64,000 nucleotides of DNA, taken from a virus. Below are positions 20,051 to 30,470 of the stretch, in pieces (positions within the stretch are counted from its first letter, which is position 1; each line of letters opens with the position of its first letter). Position numbers and translations under genes: made by a program. The notes under the pieces are model-generated. The model worked only from the letters and a program-made list of their open reading frames with translations. It had not been told where the DNA came from and did no database searches. The stretch is from IMG/VR virus record IMGVR_UViG_3300020420_000008, positions 64,001-128,000 of that record; one strand, given 5' to 3'.

Positions 20051-20401
20051 ATGGGTGCTAAAGCTAACATAGTCGTGGATCAAGGTACAGATTTCGCAAC
20101 AACAATCACTGTTAGAGACAATAGTGGTGTTGCTGTAAATCTTACAAACTACACCGGACATGGACAAATAAGAAAACATTATACTTCAACTGTTGCACAT
20201 AATATGCAGATAGTATTTGAAAGTCCAAGAGAAAGTGGGCAATTAACAATGAAGCTATCTAGAGGACAGACAGCAAACTTAGCTTCGGGAAGATATGTTT
20301 ATGATGTAGAAGTAACAGATAGTGCAAACACACGTTCAAGATTGATAGAAGGCATAGTCACAGTAACACCACAAGTAACACGCAGTAACGAGAGTACATA
20401 A
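20051..20401 (+). CDS. Small virion/fibre-associated protein
   Basis: ANIVVDQGTDF..NLTNYTG.GQIRKHY..GRYVYDVEV..RLIEGIVTVTPQVT resembles a family common in marine T4-likes; late promoter and RBS upstream. Confidence 0.75.
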   Translation: MGAKANIVVDQGTDFATTITVRDNSGVAVNLTNYTGHGQIRKHYTSTVAHNMQIVFESPRESGQLTMKLSRGQTANLASGRYVYDVEVTDSANTRSRLIEGIVTVTPQVTRSNEST

Positions 20402-20403
20402 AA

Positions 20404-23400
20404 ATGGCGGACTTTGATGTTACGCTAGGTTCAAATAAAGGTAACTTAAATGTAGAGTTCGATAAACCTACGCAAGATTTAACTTTAAAGAATCAGGCGG
20501 CTACTAAGACAAATATAAGAGACTTCAACGATGTTGATAGCAACACTTTTCAAGGTGCACCGGCGGCGAATGGTGAGTCTATACTTGTCTATAATGCCAA
20601 TACAAAACTCTTTCAGTTACGCTCAGGTAATATAAGACTTAGAGAAAATCCAGCACATTATTCAGGATTAAAGTATACAGCCGAAGGTGCTTTTATACCT
20701 GACACAAACAATGCTTACGATTTAGGTTCTCCAGGAAGAAGATTTAGAACACTATTCTTATCTGGCGAAACAATTAAGTTAGGTAATTTAAATCTTTCTG
20801 ATTCAGGTGATACAATCACTATCACAAAAGATACTATTATCGATGGTGTTATTCAGAATGTTGTTATTGGTACTCTCAGCACACAAACTCTAAACACAGA
20901 TAATTTTGAAGCCGCCAATCTAGTAGCGAATAGTACATTTACTGTAGAAACACCAAGAGCCTTTTTTAATCAAGGTATGACTGTAAAGTCGGGTGTCATA
21001 CAAGCGAGTAATACACATCTTCATGCAAATAATATATCGATAAGAAATAATCTAACTGTCAACGGTGCTATCATACTCAGAGGTAGCACAATGAATCTTG
21101 GTGATGGCGGTGATGTCATAAATCTTGGTGCTACAGTTAATACTAGTATTTTACCTACAAGTTCTAATTTGCTTGATATTGGTGCGCCTGCACAGAAATA
21201 CGCAAATGTATTTACAACAAGCGTAAAAGGTTTACAAACACCAACAGAAGGTACAGATGGTGCTAATAAAGCATATGTAGACGATAGTATAGGCAATATA
21301 AGCACAACGGCAGATGGCACAACACTAGGTACTGGTTTCAATACACTGAATGATGGCGCATCAGTAGGATTTCAAGCTAGTGATAATTTAATATCCACTC
21401 TTGATAATATCAATGAGACAGCTTTTAATATTTTTAAAAATACATATGTTCGTGATGTAACTTTTGCTTCAGATAAAACATCAGGTGGTGCTGGCACGAC
21501 TGTTACTCTTACATTGACTGTAACAGGAAATGCAACTAGATTTGATATTAATTGGGGCGATGGTTCTACTGATACTGACGTAACTGATACAACACCGAGT
21601 CATACATATACATCAAATGCAGGTTCTCCATATACAGTTGTAGTTACTGCTAGAAATCATAATGCTATTTCAGGTTCTAAGGGAAGTTCAGCATCTTTTA
21701 CAAGAACAAATTTCATAACAATATTCTTAGCTGATCCAGTTCCTTCATTTACTATTCATGATGCATCGACAGATGGTAACTTAATAACAACAACATCTAC
21801 AGGTGTACCGGTATATTTAAATAATACAACGACTAATATACCAAATACAGCTATTACAGCAACTTTCTCCGTAAATTGGGGAGACGGCACTGCTACTGAA
21901 AATGTTACAGGAAAAACAGAAAATGGTGGACCTCAAGGTGGTAGGTTAGCACACACATATACAAATGCATCAGGTACAGGAAGACATACAGTAACACTAA
22001 ACGTAGTTAGTTTTGATGCTGGTGATCCTTCTGTTCTGCCTCTCAGTACAACTTCATTGATAAAAGTATTTGATGCTTCTATAGCATCACCTAATCATCT
22101 AGGTACAAAGACAATATCGCTCAACACTTCTTCTGTTGGTACGAATCCTAAAGTTGCATCAGGTTTTACAACAAACGGTGTTTCAGGAACAAACGCTGGT
22201 GATAACGTAACTCGCTATACTACATCAGGTGCAATTGCAACTGCCGCCATGGGCTCATTTTTCTTTCAAGCAGATGGTGGTACTCTAAGTGCATTTGTAG
22301 ATGGTAGTGCAGACGGACAAAAAGCTATTACTAATGCAAATGATGAAGGAACTTTTACAAGTCTCATCATTGACGATGAGCAAGATTATAACAGCTTTGA
22401 TGCAGATGGCAATACTGTAGCAGTAAATAGTAGAATATATGCTCCAGGATTATTCGAAGGTTATAAAGCACGAATATCAAAGAGTAATTTCTCAACAGGC
22501 TTACACTCTCTTCAATTACAATCAACTGCTGGTAATACTAACACATTGAAGTTTATCAGAGATGATGTAACAATAACACCTACAACAAGTGTAGGTTCTG
22601 CAACACTTACACAGGCGTCAGCTGGTACATTATCTTATATATCAGGTATACCTTACTATACAAATGATGCAACACTCACTCTTGCTGGTGTAACTGTACA
22701 AAGTTTTACAGGACAAACTTTTCAAGACACAACATCACCTGTAGTAGTAGAAAACTCTACTGACTTAGAAGGCACATCAGGTAATGCAATAGGAACAAAT
22801 AACTTTACATACGCAAATATAGATGGTAGTACAACTATGTTAGAAAGTGGTACACCAAAAGTAAATATAGGAACAGCATCACCTTACGCTCTAGGTAATC
22901 TTACAGTAAATGTAAATGGTGGCGGTAAACGTGTAGAAAGATTACAAGTAAAAGCAAAGAACTCAAACGGAACTGGTAGTGCTGTAATATTAGCATCGCC
23001 TGCAATACAAGCATATAATGGTAGTAAATCGTTTGATGAGACTGCGATACCTGTATCAGACTCACTAGGTGCTGGCTTTGATAATGATGCCAAACGTATT
23101 CATAGTTTGACTGGTGGTGCAGTAGCATTTAGTAATTCTACTGATTACTTTGCAGATAACGCTTTTACAGGTGCCCAAACAGTAGCAGGCACAACTGAAG
23201 CGATAGTGCGATACGATACACTAAAGCACTTCACAACTGATTTGTCAAGTGGTTATTTACCAGCTGGACCTAATTTAAATACAGGACGTTCAGGTGCCCA
23301 ACATTTTGTTTTTGCTTTCAAGAGAACAACTGTTTCACGTTTTAGTATTACGCTTACGGGTAAAGTATCAGGACTTTTTGTAGCTGTTCCTAATACTGCA

Positions 23401-23685
23401 ATGGATACAGCATCAGGTATAAATGGTTGGGGAGATGCGTCAATACAATATGCAGGTTCTGGTGTTCCTGGTTCAGACACAAGTAACGGCGGTAACGGAA
23501 GTAACGGTATTGCAGAAACAGGTTCTGATAAAATTATAGATGGTACAAATTATAGTAATCAAACATTTACAATGACACTTGGTACTGTGTCTTCATCAAA
23601 CTCATTTAATAATCAGATACTTATCTCTATAGTCCTAAATAGTGATGATAGTTTAACTGCACTATCGATAGGAGTACCGAGTTAA
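20404..23685 (+). CDS. Virion structural/fibre protein with two PKD-like Ig domains
   Basis: FDINWGDGS..PSHTY..YTVVVTARN and FSVNWGDGT..AHTY..HTVTLNV; fibre-type IP..YDLGS motif near the N-terminus. Confidence 0.75.
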   Translation: MADFDVTLGSNKGNLNVEFDKPTQDLTLKNQAATKTNIRDFNDVDSNTFQGAPAANGESILVYNANTKLFQLRSGNIRLRENPAHYSGLKYTAEGAFIPDTNNAYDLGSPGRRFRTLFLSGETIKLGNLNLSDSGDTITITKDTIIDGVIQNVVIGTLSTQTLNTDNFEAANLVANSTFTVETPRAFFNQGMTVKSGVIQASNTHLHANNISIRNNLTVNGAIILRGSTMNLGDGGDVINLGATVNTSILPTSSNLLDIGAPAQKYANVFTTSVKGLQTPTEGTDGANKAYVDDSIGNISTTADGTTLGTGFNTLNDGASVGFQASDNLISTLDNINETAFNIFKNTYVRDVTFASDKTSGGAGTTVTLTLTVTGNATRFDINWGDGSTDTDVTDTTPSHTYTSNAGSPYTVVVTARNHNAISGSKGSSASFTRTNFITIFLADPVPSFTIHDASTDGNLITTTSTGVPVYLNNTTTNIPNTAITATFSVNWGDGTATENVTGKTENGGPQGGRLAHTYTNASGTGRHTVTLNVVSFDAGDPSVLPLSTTSLIKVFDASIASPNHLGTKTISLNTSSVGTNPKVASGFTTNGVSGTNAGDNVTRYTTSGAIATAAMGSFFFQADGGTLSAFVDGSADGQKAITNANDEGTFTSLIIDDEQDYNSFDADGNTVAVNSRIYAPGLFEGYKARISKSNFSTGLHSLQLQSTAGNTNTLKFIRDDVTITPTTSVGSATLTQASAGTLSYISGIPYYTNDATLTLAGVTVQSFTGQTFQDTTSPVVVENSTDLEGTSGNAIGTNNFTYANIDGSTTMLESGTPKVNIGTASPYALGNLTVNVNGGGKRVERLQVKAKNSNGTGSAVILASPAIQAYNGSKSFDETAIPVSDSLGAGFDNDAKRIHSLTGGAVAFSNSTDYFADNAFTGAQTVAGTTEAIVRYDTLKHFTTDLSSGYLPAGPNLNTGRSGAQHFVFAFKRTTVSRFSITLTGKVSGLFVAVPNTAMDTASGINGWGDASIQYAGSGVPGSDTSNGGNGSNGIAETGSDKIIDGTNYSNQTFTMTLGTVSSSNSFNNQILISIVLNSDDSLTALSIGVPS

Positions 23686-24527
23686 TGGCAATATCTGATT
23701 CACAGAAAGTAGATTATTTGTGGAAAAAGCTTGGTTATGGTAAAGCTAAGACTGACACAAATACCAATAAGAAAGCGCCTAACGAAGCGATAGACTCACC
23801 TTTGCTGATGAGAGGTGATATCATATGGGCTCAAGCAGACTTGATACCATCTACGATACCCGATGCAACTAATACTCATGTAAGAGTTTACAAGGCTACT
23901 ACAGCAATAGAAACTACAGAAGATAATACAGCAACAGCAAATAGAACTTGGAAAACAGGACAAACAGATTGGATACCAACACAGTTTGGTTCTACATATC
24001 TTGTCAAAGTATATACTGATTCGGCAGGGGCGGCAAATGCACCTTCAACAGGCACACAGCTTTTCGCAACTGGTTCTGGTAATGATGATGAATGGTTCTT
24101 TGACTATGAGGCTGGTGTACTACATTTTATAGGTTCAAATATACCATCGTCAGTCTCAGGTAAAAAAGTTTTCATAGAAGGTGCTAGATACATAGGTGCA
24201 AAAGGTATAGCTTCTGCTAATAACATGACTACACTAGGTGCTAAAATTGTACAAGCAAATACCATCTCTATGGCGAATACTACATCAACATCATCACTAA
24301 AAATAACAGGTGCAAATAGTACTGTAAAATCAGCAAATGTTGTTATAGAAAAAGTTGCAACTATAGGAGAACTTAGATTAGGTAATCATATAGATAATGG
24401 TGTACTTATAGGAAGAACATTTAATAAAAGAGTAGGTTTTGTTGCACCAGGAAGTTTTGGAACAGTTTTTCAAATCGCCGCCAATGGTACACCTACTTTT
24501 ACTAATCTAACAGGTGGTAGCTACTAA
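23685..24527 (+). CDS. Putative virion structural protein
   Basis: TAATG-coupled to the previous gene; EWFFDYEAGVLHF..GARYIG; ends GGSY, similar to the GGTY end of 25274. Confidence 0.7.
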   Translation: MAISDSQKVDYLWKKLGYGKAKTDTNTNKKAPNEAIDSPLLMRGDIIWAQADLIPSTIPDATNTHVRVYKATTAIETTEDNTATANRTWKTGQTDWIPTQFGSTYLVKVYTDSAGAANAPSTGTQLFATGSGNDDEWFFDYEAGVLHFIGSNIPSSVSGKKVFIEGARYIGAKGIASANNMTTLGAKIVQANTISMANTTSTSSLKITGANSTVKSANVVIEKVATIGELRLGNHIDNGVLIGRTFNKRVGFVAPGSFGTVFQIAANGTPTFTNLTGGSY

Positions 24528-24542
24528 TTATGAAAGAGTGAA

Positions 24543-25214
24543 ATGAGTGATTATTCATATATAAATCCAAAATCTTTTGAAGAATCTAGCAATCAAGCCA
24601 TAGCAGAACTACATGAAACTATAATAACTTTACGTGCTAGAATATTTACTTTAGAAAAAGAAGTTAAAGATGAAAAAGAAAAATTAAAACATGCGAAAAA
24701 TGATGTTTTACTTAAAGAGAAAGCTTTCGATAACGGTTTAAAATTATTAAATACAGGTGATGAAGAATTATTAAGATTGAGAAAAGAAGTGAAATATTAT
24801 GAAGATAATATAGATTTGGTATGGAAAAGAAGAATACGTCCTGAAAAACTTAAACAAGAAAAAGAAGAAAAAATTAAAAAAAGTGTCATAGGTAGACTTG
24901 GTGCAGTAGGTTGGCAAAAGATTATAACTGATTTAAAACGAGCTTTTGATAGAGATAGAAAAAAATTCGAACAAACTCAAACTAAATACAGTAAATTAGT
25001 AGAAGATAATGAAAATATGCCTGTTCCTGACTCTGTTATGCAGTCAATAGACGAAAGAGTAACGGATTTGCAGAATGAATTAAAGCTTGCAAAAGAAGAT
25101 TTAGAGTATTATAAAAAATTTATTAAAGATAAGTCTGTAATAACAAAGAGACTAAACGCTACAGGAAGACAACAACGTAAAAGTTTAAGAGAACAATTAG
25201 GTATTAAGAAATAA
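24543..25214 (+). CDS. Hypothetical Lys/Glu-rich coiled-coil protein
   Basis: 223 aa, heptad-rich; weak internal repeat (LRKEVKYYEDNI / AKEDLEYYKKFI). Confidence 0.7.
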   Translation: MSDYSYINPKSFEESSNQAIAELHETIITLRARIFTLEKEVKDEKEKLKHAKNDVLLKEKAFDNGLKLLNTGDEELLRLRKEVKYYEDNIDLVWKRRIRPEKLKQEKEEKIKKSVIGRLGAVGWQKIITDLKRAFDRDRKKFEQTQTKYSKLVEDNENMPVPDSVMQSIDERVTDLQNELKLAKEDLEYYKKFIKDKSVITKRLNATGRQQRKSLREQLGIKK

Positions 25215-25221
25215 TAATTAT

Positions 25222-25229
25222 TATAAATA
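25222..25229 (+). promoter_or_regulatory. T4-type late promoter TATAAATA
   Basis: Exact consensus upstream of fibre 25274. Confidence 0.85.
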
Positions 25230-25273
25230 AACAATAGATTAACTTAAAGAAGAGAATTTAAGGAGCTTTTCAA

Positions 25274-28200
25274 ATGGCAAGTGTTAACACAATTATAATA
25301 AAAAACTCAGCCGTAACTGGTAAAACACCAGTTGCCTCTGATTTAGAAGTAGGCGAATTGGCTCTGAATACGGCTGATGGTTTACTTTTTACAAAGCAAG
25401 CTGATAGTACAATTATCAAGATAGCAGGAGATAATCTATCTTTAACAAATGAAGTTGTAAATGATGGAGCCGCCAACGAAGGTGCTAAAATAAATCTTAT
25501 CAACGCTCTAGCATCAGGTAACGTAAACGAAGGATCGTTTACAATCGAAGGTTCTTCCACTGTACAAGTAACTCATGACTCAACAAATAATAAAGTCGTA
25601 CTAAGTTCAGGTGGTGGAACAGTTACAGGTATATCCTCAGGAGGCACAACTGTTAATCCAGCATCAGGAGTTATAGACTTTGTTGGTGGGAATGGTATTA
25701 CTGTAACTGCTAATGATGGCACTGATGCCTTAACTTTAGCAATAGGTGGTGCTGATAGTAGTTCAAATGCAGTTTCCGGTGTCAAGACATATTCAACACA
25801 ACAGATATTCAACGCTGGACTTACAACAGGTAATGGAGCTACTAGTGCAGGATTCATTCACTTTTTAGAAGATAGTACCGATGGCACTAACAAAGTAATA
25901 TTGCAAGGTGCATCAAGTGGTAGTGATATAACCTTAACTCTTCCTGTTGTAACAAGTACAACTCTTGTAGGTGAAGCTGGTGCCCAAACTCTTACAGAAA
26001 AAACACTTACCGCACCAACAATTAACGGCGTAGTTGGAGGTACAACTACTTCACAGACAATTACAACACTTAACACATCAACTATAAATCTTGGTGGGGC
26101 GGCAATAACATCAACAGCCGCCGAACTTAACTTACTTGATGGTGTAGCAGGACTTGTACAAGCTGACTTTACAAAACTGGCGGCAGTCGATGCAACGGCA
26201 GCCGAACTTAATATATTAGACGGAGATACTTCTGCTACATCTACCACAGTTGCTGATGCAGACAGAGTAGTATTGAACGACAATGGTACTATGGTACAGG
26301 TTGCCGTAACAGACTTGGCTGCCTACTTTGACGATGAAATCACAGCAATGCCTAATCTTGTTGCAACTGGTGCGTTAAACTCAGGTACTATTACTTCTGG
26401 TTTTGGTAACATAAACAACGGCGCTTCAACAATAACTACAACAGGACAAATCAGTGGTGGCGCTCTTGTAGTTGATACTATAACAGTTGATGGTTCAACA
26501 GTAACTGCATCAGGAGATTTAACACTAGATAGTGGTGGTGATATCGTTTTAGATGCTGACGGCGCAAACGTAACAATAAAAGATGCTGGCGCATCAGTAT
26601 TAGATATTGCAAACAGTTCAGGAGACGTAGAACTTACAGTTAGCACAGCCGACAAAAACTTTGCAATCAAAGGAACAGATGGTAGTTCAGGCATAACAGC
26701 CTTAGACATAGACATGGCACTTGCAGGTAAAGCAACCTTTAATGGTGAAATAGTCACAACAAGCTCTATTACTGGTGGTTCTTTAGTTGCAGATGGTACA
26801 ACAATAAACAACTCAACTATAACTGATACTGGATCCAACTTTAAAATAGACGCTTCCGGTTCAATTAATCTTGATGCCGCCGGTTCTGGAGCCGTGGGTA
26901 CTATTTCGTTTGCAGATGCTGGATTAAACTATGGTATAATCTTACCAAGTGCTAATGACGATTTCATGCTTCGTCCAGCACAAACTGATAAAGACATAAT
27001 ACTTCAAGGTAATGATGACGGTTCTGTAATAGATATGTTAAAGCTAGATGCTAGTGATGCAGGTAATGCAACATTTAGTGGCTCAATAACATCAACAGCA
27101 GGAGATGTAACCATAACAGCTGGTGATTTAAATATCACTAAGAGTGCATCTGAACAAGCAGAAATAAATCTTTTTGAAGCTACTGGCGCAGGCACTAACA
27201 AAATCACAGTAAAACCTGCTACAGCAACTTTAGGTGGTGATACTGTTCTTACTTTACCGGCAGAAACTGGCTTAGTAATTACAACCGCATCTTCAAACAT
27301 AGTTAACGCAAACATAAGTGGATCGGCGGCAATAGCAGATAGTAAGCTTGCTAAAATTACAACAACTGATAAAGTTGGTGCCCAATCTATCGATATAACT
27401 TCAGCAACAGACGGCTCTTCTGGTGGCGGCGCATTTGCTCTAGCTGATGATGACTTTTTCTTGGTACATGACACTGGTGCTGGAGCTACTAAGAAAGTAT
27501 TGATGTCACAACTAGAAACTTATGTTGGTATCGGTGCAGGTGGTTTAGCAATCACAGCAATTGACATAGATGGTGGTACAGATATTGGTGCTGATCTTGT
27601 AGATGGTGACTTGTTCATTGTTGACGATGGTGCAAACGGAACAAATAGAAAATCTGCAATATCTAGAATTGGTGATTATATCTTTAATAAGATATCAACC
27701 GCCACAGCCACGGACATATCTATAACCGATGCTGGTGTTGCTACTATTAATCCTAATTCTGTTGCAATGGGTACTGACACAACTGGTAACTATGTTGCTA
27801 CTATAGCTGTTGGTTCAAACTTACAAACAACTGGCGCCTCTACAGGCGAAACTATAGCACACACAATCAACTTAGCTACAAATCCAGACATTGCAGGAAC
27901 ATTAGCTGTTACTGGTGATGTCACAATGGACGCATCTGCTAGTGTTGCTGGTAATCTAACTGTTACAGGAAACTTAGAAGTAAACGGTACAACAACTACT
28001 GTTAATACTGATAACTTATCAGTAGAAGATTCACTAATCGAACTTGCGAGAGGTAACACCTCTGATACACTAGACGTAGGGTTCTTTGGAAATTTCGGCG
28101 CCGGCTCAGATGTTGATCAAGCAGGTTTAGTAAGAGATGCAGATCATGGTTCAACAGTAAACGGTGTAACACTACCTAAACCTTTCGTACTATTTACCGA

Positions 28201-28414
28201 TCATGATACTACTCCTGATTCTGGAACAGTTAACTTCACAGGTACAGAAGGAACAGATTGGAGCTATGCACCTCTAGCAGTTGGACATATATCACTTGGT
28301 GCATCAGGAGCCGCCGGTACTGCACATATCAAAAGATTAACCGCAGGTTCTGGCTCACTAGCAAACATTGTTGGTGAAATAAAGCACTTCAAGATAGATG
28401 GTGGAACATACTAA
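25274..28414 (+). CDS. Tail fibre with T4 gp37-like N-terminal domain
   Basis: IIIKNSAVTGKTPVASDLEVGELALNTADGLLFTK resembles the T4 gp37 N-terminus; TAAELN repeats; late promoter and AAGGAG RBS upstream. Confidence 0.8.
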   Translation: MASVNTIIIKNSAVTGKTPVASDLEVGELALNTADGLLFTKQADSTIIKIAGDNLSLTNEVVNDGAANEGAKINLINALASGNVNEGSFTIEGSSTVQVTHDSTNNKVVLSSGGGTVTGISSGGTTVNPASGVIDFVGGNGITVTANDGTDALTLAIGGADSSSNAVSGVKTYSTQQIFNAGLTTGNGATSAGFIHFLEDSTDGTNKVILQGASSGSDITLTLPVVTSTTLVGEAGAQTLTEKTLTAPTINGVVGGTTTSQTITTLNTSTINLGGAAITSTAAELNLLDGVAGLVQADFTKLAAVDATAAELNILDGDTSATSTTVADADRVVLNDNGTMVQVAVTDLAAYFDDEITAMPNLVATGALNSGTITSGFGNINNGASTITTTGQISGGALVVDTITVDGSTVTASGDLTLDSGGDIVLDADGANVTIKDAGASVLDIANSSGDVELTVSTADKNFAIKGTDGSSGITALDIDMALAGKATFNGEIVTTSSITGGSLVADGTTINNSTITDTGSNFKIDASGSINLDAAGSGAVGTISFADAGLNYGIILPSANDDFMLRPAQTDKDIILQGNDDGSVIDMLKLDASDAGNATFSGSITSTAGDVTITAGDLNITKSASEQAEINLFEATGAGTNKITVKPATATLGGDTVLTLPAETGLVITTASSNIVNANISGSAAIADSKLAKITTTDKVGAQSIDITSATDGSSGGGAFALADDDFFLVHDTGAGATKKVLMSQLETYVGIGAGGLAITAIDIDGGTDIGADLVDGDLFIVDDGANGTNRKSAISRIGDYIFNKISTATATDISITDAGVATINPNSVAMGTDTTGNYVATIAVGSNLQTTGASTGETIAHTINLATNPDIAGTLAVTGDVTMDASASVAGNLTVTGNLEVNGTTTTVNTDNLSVEDSLIELARGNTSDTLDVGFFGNFGAGSDVDQAGLVRDADHGSTVNGVTLPKPFVLFTDHDTTPDSGTVNFTGTEGTDWSYAPLAVGHISLGASGAAGTAHIKRLTAGSGSLANIVGEIKHFKIDGGTY

Positions 28415-28421
28415 TAAATAG

Positions 28422-28450
28422 TTGACAAGCTAACGAATCTATTATATAAT
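28422..28450 (+). promoter_or_regulatory. Perfect sigma70 consensus promoter
   Basis: TTGACA (28422-28427), 17 bp, TATAAT (28445-28450). Confidence 0.75.
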
Positions 28451-28508
28451 AGATAGCTATAAATGTAAATGTATCCTTTTTTAAGGATTTTTAGGAAGAC
28501 GGCTAGAT

Positions 28509-30065
28509 ATGCCTAGTGTTAATGTAATAACCTTAAAACGGTCCGCCGTTAAGGGTAAAGTCCCTACAATTAGTAACCTGACTTCAGGTGAATTGGCAGT
28601 TAACACTAGAGATGGTAGACTATATTCAGCAAACACTACTCACGTATATGAAATAGGTGCAAATCCCCATAACCTAACAGTGGGTTCTGGTGGATTTTCT
28701 ATTGCAAATGGTAATATTACATTTCCTAGTGCAGATGGTACTGAAAATCAAATACTTAAAACAGATGGAGCAGGCACTCTTTCATTTCAAGATGCAGGCT
28801 CAATAGGTACAACCAATCTAACTCTCACAGGTAATACAGCTTTCTCAGGCAACAATATCTTTGCTGGTACTGTTACTTTTAATGAAGAAGTAACATCAAC
28901 ACAACAATTTAACTTTGAAGGACCGGTTACATTTAAAGGTGACGCAGTTTATCAAGGTTCTTCAAGACACACCGCAAATGTTTCCATTCGTGCTTCTCTC
29001 GCTGTACAGCAATATGAATTTACATCTAATACAGGACAAACATTATTTAAAGGTACTTCAGATAGTCAAGGACTTTTAAGTTATACTCCTGGTAATATAT
29101 CAGTATATAAAGATGGTATAAAATTACGTCCCACTATAGACTTTGCAGAAACGGATTCTGGCACTGTTACACTTCAAGACGGAACATCTAATAATAATAT
29201 TATTACAATTGAACAATATGGTTCAAATCATTTTCAACATTACACTTATGTTGCAACAAACGGACAAACAACATTTACAGGTGCTGACTCTACAGGAAAA
29301 ACATTATCATATACTGCACAAAATCCTTTAGGCGGTGGTGTTAAAGTATATCTAAACGGTGTAAGATTACGAGCAAATACAGATGTTGTAGCAACAAACG
29401 GAACAGATGTTGTTCTTCAAGATGGTACAAGTAATAATGATGTTGTGATGATTGAATCTTTAGGTGCTTATCCTTATCAATCATTTGAATATACAGCAAT
29501 CAAGGGACAAACAACATTTAACGGACTTGATAGATTTGGTAAACAGTTAGAATATGAAATAGACAAAGCTACAGTCTACTTAAATGGTGTAAAACTTAAA
29601 GAAGGCACAGACTGGACTGCTATTAATGGTGAAAGAGTTGTATTACAAGAACCTGTTTCAAATAATGATGTTATAACTATTGACTCACATGGACCGGAAC
29701 CTGCAATCCTTTCCGCTCAAAATGAAATTCATTATGCTAATACAACAGTTCTAAAAACAAAAGAGATTTTATTATTTGACGATTTATCATCAACAGTTGT
29801 AGATCAATTTCCTACAACAGATTTCATTTCAGCACAATATCTTATACAAGCTACAAATCCAAACGGCGTATCATTTGCCACCTACAATGTTGCACATGAT
29901 AGAGGACAATCATTCTTATCAGAATTTGGACGTATAAATAGCAATGGAAGTATTATGACAGTTACCTCAGATGTTTCTGAGAACTTGTTAAGAATTAAGG
30001 TTGAGCCACAGACAACAAATACAAAGCTTAAAATTCAAGCTACAAGAATGAGGAAAGCAAGATAA
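28509..30065 (+). CDS. Tail fibre-like protein with gp37-like N-terminus and three tandem beta repeats
   Basis: ITLKRSAVKGKVPTISNLTSGELAVNTRDGRLYS; three copies of GQT.F.G..LxY..VY..G.KL..V.LQ..SNN. Confidence 0.8.
   Translation: MPSVNVITLKRSAVKGKVPTISNLTSGELAVNTRDGRLYSANTTHVYEIGANPHNLTVGSGGFSIANGNITFPSADGTENQILKTDGAGTLSFQDAGSIGTTNLTLTGNTAFSGNNIFAGTVTFNEEVTSTQQFNFEGPVTFKGDAVYQGSSRHTANVSIRASLAVQQYEFTSNTGQTLFKGTSDSQGLLSYTPGNISVYKDGIKLRPTIDFAETDSGTVTLQDGTSNNNIITIEQYGSNHFQHYTYVATNGQTTFTGADSTGKTLSYTAQNPLGGGVKVYLNGVRLRANTDVVATNGTDVVLQDGTSNNDVVMIESLGAYPYQSFEYTAIKGQTTFNGLDRFGKQLEYEIDKATVYLNGVKLKEGTDWTAINGERVVLQEPVSNNDVITIDSHGPEPAILSAQNEIHYANTTVLKTKEILLFDDLSSTVVDQFPTTDFISAQYLIQATNPNGVSFATYNVAHDRGQSFLSEFGRINSNGSIMTVTSDVSENLLRIKVEPQTTNTKLKIQATRMRKAR
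29013..29693 (+). repeat. Three tandem ~75-aa beta repeats in fibre 28509
   Basis: GQT(L/T)F.G / VY(K/L)(D/N)G(I/V)(K/R)L / LQ(D/E)..SNN repeated three times. Confidence 0.85.
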
Positions 30066-30427
30066 TGGCAAAGAGTAAGGCAAGAATATTTGCAGATTTA
30101 GCAGATAAGTATTCGCAAGTATCAACGACAGCAACAGGTACAGCAATACAAACAGTTGACTCTGTACAAGCTTTAGATACTAGTTCTGTAGTTTTTAATA
30201 TTATGGCAACAAAAGGAACCGACTTTCATTATTGTACTGTAGTAGTCGCTATGACTTCAGCTACAGATTGTGACTTTACACAGTTCGGTGATATTCAATC
30301 TTCTAATCTCGTTACTTTTACGGCAGACTCAGACATAGGTCCTCCTAGAATTTTAAGACTCAGAGCAACGCCTGCAACTACTGGTACCCTAAATCTAAAA
30401 ATAACACGCATAGGCGTTGCTAGATAA
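30065..30427 (+). CDS. Small virion protein resembling the C-terminal domain of the preceding fibre
   Basis: VD..(S/T)(E/Q)FG.I.S...(V/F)T(S/A)D..LR....P pattern shared with the C-terminus of 28509..30065; TAATG coupling. Confidence 0.7.
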   Translation: MAKSKARIFADLADKYSQVSTTATGTAIQTVDSVQALDTSSVVFNIMATKGTDFHYCTVVVAMTSATDCDFTQFGDIQSSNLVTFTADSDIGPPRILRLRATPATTGTLNLKITRIGVAR

Positions 30428-30434
30428 CTCTTAT

Positions 30435-30442
30435 TATAAATA
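30435..30442 (+). promoter_or_regulatory. T4-type late promoter TATAAATA
   Basis: Exact consensus upstream of fibre 30471. Confidence 0.85.
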
Positions 30443-30470
30443 AGAGAAATTAGACGGATAGGGAAATCTA

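Noticed and set aside
5038-23641. Intragenic NCTAAATA late-promoter variants (5038, 6687, 12725, 23634) near gene ends
   Set aside because: The positions are plausible, but they are imperfect matches inside AT-rich coding sequence and cannot be supported without transcript data.
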